41,266 bases of DNA, from positions 1 to 41,266 of IMG/VR virus record IMGVR_UViG_3300020388_000028; one strand, given 5' to 3'. Position numbers and translations under genes: made by a program. How positions within the stretch are numbered: the first letter of the stretch is position 1; each line of letters begins with the position of its first letter. The DNA comes from a virus (taxonomy: Duplodnaviria > Caudoviricetes). The notes below the pieces were generated by a model. It worked only from the letters and a program-made list of their open reading frames with translations. It ran no database searches and was not told the origin of the DNA. Positions 37,106 through 41,266 of the stretch are shown here, in pieces.

Positions 37106-37293
37106 ATAGAATCATCATCGTAAAAGGAAAGCCCGTTTCCGTGGCTCCTAGTTTAGTTGAACGGGTACAACGTGAGCGCGAACAACTTACACCAGCTGCG
37201 ACCATCGCTGAAAAATGCGGCCGCACCATTTCATTTATTAAAGCTTTAATTCTATCTATAGAAGATGAAGCGCAAATGGGGAGAGTGGCGTGA
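37102..37293 (+). CDS. Hypothetical protein
   Basis: Coupled ORF. Confidence 0.6.
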   Translation: MNRIIIVKGKPVSVAPSLVERVQREREQLTPAATIAEKCGRTISFIKALILSIEDEAQMGRVA

Positions 37294-37652
37294 GTGAATA
37301 TTTAGATTGGTACAAATCGCACTGCGGGCACAGTGAAATGAAGAGACTGGCAGCAAGTGAGATTGAGCAACTAACAGTGCAACTAGCAAAGGCTAATGAG
37401 CAGGTGAAGTGGCTGGAGAAGAGGAACAATGAGTATGCGATGTGCATAATTTCAATAAGCGATAGAGTTGATATTCAAGACTATCTTGAGAATAACCCGA
37501 CATACGAAAATGCCAAAATTCAACTAAACAAATTCGCCATTGAGCAGAAGATCAAAGGTTATTACGACTCTTGTATTGAATCAGGAATGAATGAGGGGCA
37601 ATCAAGCATTCTTGCTGATATATATTCAGAACAACTACGCAAGTGTGCATAA
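37290..37652 (+). CDS. Hypothetical protein
   Basis: GTGA overlap; ends ...EQLRKCA. Confidence 0.6.
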   Translation: MSEYLDWYKSHCGHSEMKRLAASEIEQLTVQLAKANEQVKWLEKRNNEYAMCIISISDRVDIQDYLENNPTYENAKIQLNKFAIEQKIKGYYDSCIESGMNEGQSSILADIYSEQLRKCA

Positions 37653-37710
37653 GAATCATGACAATAACAGTGAAGGCTAGCACCGCTTTCGAAACGGTAT
37701 ATGTTGTCGA

Positions 37711-37989
37711 ATGAAACCTTTCACAATATCTACTCATGCTAAAGAAAGGGCTGTTGAAAGGTTCGGATCACTAGATGCTGTATTCCCTGTTAGCGGGAAG
37801 AAGCCGACAAAGAAGCAAAGATCGCAAATTAAAAAGCAATGCCCATTACACTCTAAAACTTTTATGAGCGCTGGTTTTATGGGTAGGTATTTTATCTATA
37901 ACAGAAATACTAAATGTGTGTACGTCATAGCTGACTCAGATAACACGCACGTAGTGGTTAGTGTTTTTAAATTGGAAAGTGAATCATGA
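37711..37989 (+). CDS. Hypothetical basic protein
   Basis: ISTHAKERAVER...VVVSV; loosely RelE-like. Confidence 0.55.
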   Translation: MKPFTISTHAKERAVERFGSLDAVFPVSGKKPTKKQRSQIKKQCPLHSKTFMSAGFMGRYFIYNRNTKCVYVIADSDNTHVVVSVFKLESES

Positions 37990-38026
37990 ATAAACTGCTT
38001 GATGAACAACTACGCAAAGGGGGTGA

Positions 38027-38236
38027 GTGATGTTTAAGTTTGAATGTGAGATTTGCGCCAAAGAAGTAAAGCGCGGAAAAAAATTCAGCTTTGATATGTT
38101 TGAAATAGATTCTGATTCAACTGGAACTGGGTACATATGTGAAGATGAAATATGCTTAAGTTGTGCCAAGAAAATTGAGAATAAGATTAACTCAATGAGA
38201 AAGGCCGGAAGAAAGCGCAAAGGGGGTGAGTCGTGA
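38027..38236 (+). CDS. Hypothetical CxxC protein
   Basis: CEIC...CLSC; bounded by the repeats. Confidence 0.6.
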   Translation: MMFKFECEICAKEVKRGKKFSFDMFEIDSDSTGTGYICEDEICLSCAKKIENKINSMRKAGRKRKGGES

Positions 38237-38559
38237 GAGATTCTTTTGAGTACGTCAATAACAACTATGGTGTAAATGCCTGTTTTGGGCGCAGGGTTTT
38301 AGTTGACGGTAAGCCCGGCACTATCACGGAAGATCGCGGTCACCACATAGGTGTTAATTTTGACCATGATAAACCGGGAGTAGTAGCCAACTGCCACCCA
38401 ACTTGGAAGGTTGAATATCTTGGTATGGGTAAAATTCGTAAGCTTACCAAAGCGCAGGAACGCGGAAATCGCTGGTTAGAATATGGCGATATGTTTGAGT
38501 CGTTCATGGATTTTGTTTATTGGGATATGGAACAGCAAGCCAAAGGGGGTGAGTCGTGA
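38233..38559 (+). CDS. Hypothetical phage protein
   Basis: YGVNA..GRRV...CHPTWKVEY; bounded by the repeats. Confidence 0.7.
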   Translation: MRDSFEYVNNNYGVNACFGRRVLVDGKPGTITEDRGHHIGVNFDHDKPGVVANCHPTWKVEYLGMGKIRKLTKAQERGNRWLEYGDMFESFMDFVYWDMEQQAKGGES

Positions 38560-38804
38560 GTCGCCAAAATAAAAAAATAGAGTGGGTTTATCATTTAGTT
38601 ATATTAGCGCTTTTGGTTTATGACTCACTGACATTGGAAGGCCCTAGTTCTGATTTGGTTATAGGCAATTGGGCGGCAGTCTTTATTGTAATTGGTTTGT
38701 TTTCGACAATAGTTTCTGCTTCATGGGTTGGCTTTAATGTAGCGCGTTTTTCAACAACCGTCTTACTTAATTGGCTAGAACAACTACGCAAAGGGGGTGA
38801 GTGA
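38556..38804 (+). CDS. Small membrane protein
   Basis: Two hydrophobic segments; bounded by the repeats. Confidence 0.6.
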   Translation: MSRQNKKIEWVYHLVILALLVYDSLTLEGPSSDLVIGNWAAVFIVIGLFSTIVSASWVGFNVARFSTTVLLNWLEQLRKGGE

Positions 38805-39136
38805 TGGAATATGACATTGATTCAGTGATTGGGCTAGAAGAAGCGAATGTGGAAATGAATAAAGCCATTTATGAAGCAGCCCCAAAGTGCCACTTTAAAA
38901 CCATGACTTTTGAACAGGGAGACTACGACTCATACGAATCTGATAAGTGGGTTTGTGAGCATTGTGGTCACACAAAAGACCCCGACTCATTCAGGCAACT
39001 ACGCAAGGAGCAACCAGAAGTATATGAGTGTAGAGAGATTGGTGAAACTGATTGGTCGCAATGCAATAAGGATTGGTTTGAGTACTGCCAAAAGTCGCCA
39101 GAGCATGATACTAGAATACGCAAGGAACGGGGGTGA
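38801..39136 (+). CDS. Hypothetical protein (apparent fusion of two cassettes)
   Basis: Internal repeat copy encoding QLRK; Cys motifs in each half. Confidence 0.6.
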   Translation: MMEYDIDSVIGLEEANVEMNKAIYEAAPKCHFKTMTFEQGDYDSYESDKWVCEHCGHTKDPDSFRQLRKEQPEVYECREIGETDWSQCNKDWFEYCQKSPEHDTRIRKERG

Positions 39137-39262
39137 TGACAAAATTTTATACTGGCGAAATGGGGGGTAAAATCAGAATGATTCAACATGATCTTTTCTT
39201 TATTTTTAAACCTAAATGCCCTATCTATTTAGCAGTGAGTGAAGCGCTGCTTGGAGGGAGTC

Positions 39263-39646
39263 GTGATTGATAATGTAAACCGCCTTGTAGATACGATGAA
39301 GGTTAAAAATGGAAACATGACAATTTCTGATTTCATTATCAAATATGATGGTGGTGAGTTTATTAAGTTAGCCGGGCGAATTCCAAAGCTAGTCGAACGT
39401 GACTTAAAAGAAGGTTTAACTGGAATTTACTTTCTAAGACAGAGTCAAAAAATTGTTTATGTCGGCCAGACCGGAAATATAAAAACTAGACTCAGTACGC
39501 ATCAAAATGAAAAAAAGAAACGGTTCGATAATGTAGGGTTCTTGCCGAACGTGCCGCTCGATTTGCTTGATATGGTTGAAGCTTATTACATAGATCTAGT
39601 TAAACCTATTTACAATACAAACATACCAATACCAAGTAGGTATTAA
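39263..39646 (+). CDS. GIY-YIG nuclease
   Basis: GIYF...YVGQT.NI..RL..H, E and YN motifs; GGAGG RBS before GTG at 39263. Confidence 0.85.
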   Translation: MIDNVNRLVDTMKVKNGNMTISDFIIKYDGGEFIKLAGRIPKLVERDLKEGLTGIYFLRQSQKIVYVGQTGNIKTRLSTHQNEKKKRFDNVGFLPNVPLDLLDMVEAYYIDLVKPIYNTNIPIPSRY

Positions 39647-39647
39647 A

Positions 39648-39854
39648 ATGAACGACTTTCTTACCGAATTAGAAATTGAAGATCTTACTGGTGCCAAACA
39701 AGTGAGTAAGCAAAAGGAAATCTTGAGTAAAAACAAAATTTTCTTTGTTGAAAGAACCGATGGGAAAATAAAGGTGTGCTGGCACCACGTTCATAACCCT
39801 ATGGTTGAAAAGCAATCTGATACAGACGCCTTAATTAACTGGAATGCCGCATGA
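39648..39854 (+). CDS. Probable excisionase (DUF4224-like)
   Basis: FLT..EI.DLTG....SKQ..IL....IFF..R.DG; ATGA-coupled to the integrase. Confidence 0.75.
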   Translation: MNDFLTELEIEDLTGAKQVSKQKEILSKNKIFFVERTDGKIKVCWHHVHNPMVEKQSDTDALINWNAA

Positions 39855-40849
39855 GCAAAAGGAAAAACAGCAAAGATGCATGGATGCCTCCCCGAGTATA
39901 TCGGGGAAAGTCAGCTTATGAGTTTCACCCTAAGAATGGCGGGGCCATTCGCCTTTGCTCGTTAGATTCTAAGCCATGGGAAGTATTAAAGGCGCATGAA
40001 GAAGCGCTGCAAGCAATTGAAGCGAAAGATAACTTGGCGGGATTGGTTGGTGACTTCTTTGAAAGTGCTGATTTTGCTGATTTGTCTAAAACAACTCAGT
40101 CTGACTATTTGAAGTACAGCCGAAAGGTTTTGCCCGTTTTTGGGAAAGTACACCCGGACAAGTTAGAGCCGCGCCACGTTCGAGCGTATATGGATAAGCG
40201 AGGGGCGAAGTCCAAGACACAAGCCAACCGTGAAAAGGCATTTCTTTCTCGTTGCTATCGCTGGGCGTTCGAACGGGGCCTAGTCAAACAGAACCCTTGC
40301 AAAGGTGTTAAACAGTTTAAGGAAACTGCCAGAGATAGATACGTTGAAGATTGGGAATATAATGCCGTGCTAGAAAATGCCCCTACTCACGTTCAGGTTG
40401 CTATGGAAATAAGCTACCTTTGTGCAGCACGTAAAGGCGATGTTCTTTCGATGACTTGGGATCAAATTCGGGATGAAGGGATTTTTATACAGCAAGGAAA
40501 AACGAACGTTAAACAAATTAAGGAATGGACACCAAGGCTTAAAAAAGCCATTGAACTGGCTAAGTCACTGCGTTCAGGAAACATAATTAGCCGTTGGATT
40601 ATTTGCCAGGCGAATGGGAAGAATTACACCGGAAGAGGTTTCGATCAGGGCTGGATGGATGCGCGGGAACTAGCACGAGCAAAAACACAAATGGCATTGG
40701 ATTTCACGTTTCATGACTTAAAAGCCAAATCAATTAGCGACTACGAAGGAAGCACTAGAGAAAAGCAAATATTCTCAGGCCATAAAACAGAACGCCAGGT
40801 GAACACTTATGATCGAAAAGTTAAGGTTGTACCTAGTTTAAAAAAGTGA
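39851..40849 (+). CDS. int: Prophage integrase (tyrosine recombinase)
   Basis: ARKGD, QGKT, FHDLKAK, SGH, TY; adjacent to attR. Confidence 0.95.
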   Translation: MSKRKNSKDAWMPPRVYRGKSAYEFHPKNGGAIRLCSLDSKPWEVLKAHEEALQAIEAKDNLAGLVGDFFESADFADLSKTTQSDYLKYSRKVLPVFGKVHPDKLEPRHVRAYMDKRGAKSKTQANREKAFLSRCYRWAFERGLVKQNPCKGVKQFKETARDRYVEDWEYNAVLENAPTHVQVAMEISYLCAARKGDVLSMTWDQIRDEGIFIQQGKTNVKQIKEWTPRLKKAIELAKSLRSGNIISRWIICQANGKNYTGRGFDQGWMDARELARAKTQMALDFTFHDLKAKSISDYEGSTREKQIFSGHKTERQVNTYDRKVKVVPSLKK

Positions 40850-40853
40850 CTTT

Positions 40854-40885
40854 GCTAGGAAAAAGCGTTAGGAAATAGTTAGGAA
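40854..40885 (+). promoter_or_regulatory. Tandem arm-type integrase sites
   Basis: GCTAGGAA at 40854, GTTAGGAA at 40867 and 40878; same motif as in the attL arm. Confidence 0.7.
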
Positions 40886-40939
40886 CGGTTGGTCTCAAAG
40901 AATTAGGTTGCCAACCTTTGAAGTTTTAAACCATTGTTT

Positions 40940-41016
40940 TTAAAGGTGGTTTGGGTGGTGCCCGGGGCCGGACTTGAACCGGCACGTCATTACTGACGAG
41001 GGATTTTAAATCCCTT
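40940..41016. repeat. attR direct repeat
   Basis: Identical to 1-77. Confidence 0.95.
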
Positions 41017-41042
41017 GTGTCTACCAATTTCACCACCCGGGC
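40956..41042 (-). tRNA. leuZ: tRNA-Leu(UAA), 87 nt
   Basis: GCCCGGG acceptor stem, AGGGA-TT TAA AA-TCCCT anticodon arm, long variable arm, GTTCAA, CCA. Confidence 0.97.
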
Positions 41043-41104
41043 ATCGGGGTAACCTTTCGGTTGGGGTGTCAGGCGTAGAAACCTGTTTTAGCATTAAAGC
41101 ATTA

Positions 41105-41178
41105 TGGAGGCGGAACCCGGAGTCGAACCGAGATCCACGGATTTGCAATCCGCTGCATAGCCATTCTGCCATTCCGCC
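41105..41178 (-). tRNA. cysT: tRNA-Cys(GCA), 74 nt
   Basis: GGCGGAA acceptor stem, GCGGA-TT GCA AA-TCCGT, GTTCGA, CCA. Confidence 0.97.
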
Positions 41179-41192
41179 GTAATACTAGACTT

Positions 41193-41266
<74 letters not shown>

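Larger units (their letters stand above)
37629..39138 (+). repeat. Gene-boundary repeat GAACAACTACGCAAAGGGGGTGAGT (7 full or partial copies)
   Basis: Copies at about 37629, 38004, 38216, 38541, 38778, 38996 and 39117; 38004-38032 and 38778-38806 are identical over 29 bp. Confidence 0.85.
1..41016. mobile_element. Complete lambdoid/HK97-like siphovirus prophage integrated in tRNA-Leu(UAA)
   Basis: 77-bp direct repeats at both ends; integrase beside the intact tRNA; full head, tail, lysis, replication and immunity modules in lambdoid order. Confidence 0.96.

Noticed and set aside
37629-39138. CRISPR array or integron attC sites
   Set aside because: The spacers are unequal whole ORFs of about 120-375 bp, the repeat is coding and non-palindromic, and there are no cas genes or attC inverted cores
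40990-41172. 60-aa minus-strand ORF
   Set aside because: It lies over tRNA-Cys and tRNA-Leu

Overview
The window is one apparently complete temperate prophage of about 40.9 kb. It is bounded by a 77-bp direct repeat (1-77 = 40940-41016) that duplicates the 3' part of tRNA-Leu(UAA), the last gene of a host tRNA-Gly-Cys-Leu cluster on the minus strand. The layout is lambdoid with an HK97-type head. Left to right: attL; three large tail-fibre/depolymerase-like genes; siphovirus tail (J, hub, Dit, tape measure, G/GT frameshift chaperone, tube); head and terminase; probable cos; HNH; lysis; Q-like late control; a nin-like region with a second tyrosine recombinase and a Dam methylase; DnaC/O replication with iterons; cro/cI; the early operon (HNH, ssb, rdgC-FtsK-gamma fusion, exonuclease, a repeat-delimited array of small genes); xis and int. 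The host is probably a gammaproteobacterium, inferred from the tRNA order and gene content. The best candidate for an undescribed system is a three-gene operon wedged between cI and pL. It encodes a secreted small Cys-loop peptide, a 5-TM membrane protein and a single-pass membrane protein, and it converges on a repressor that lacks the RecA-cleavable peptidase domain. This could be a peptide-signalling (arbitrium-like) lysis-lysogeny or exclusion module in a Gram-negative phage. All product calls come from motif recognition by eye; no database searches were run.
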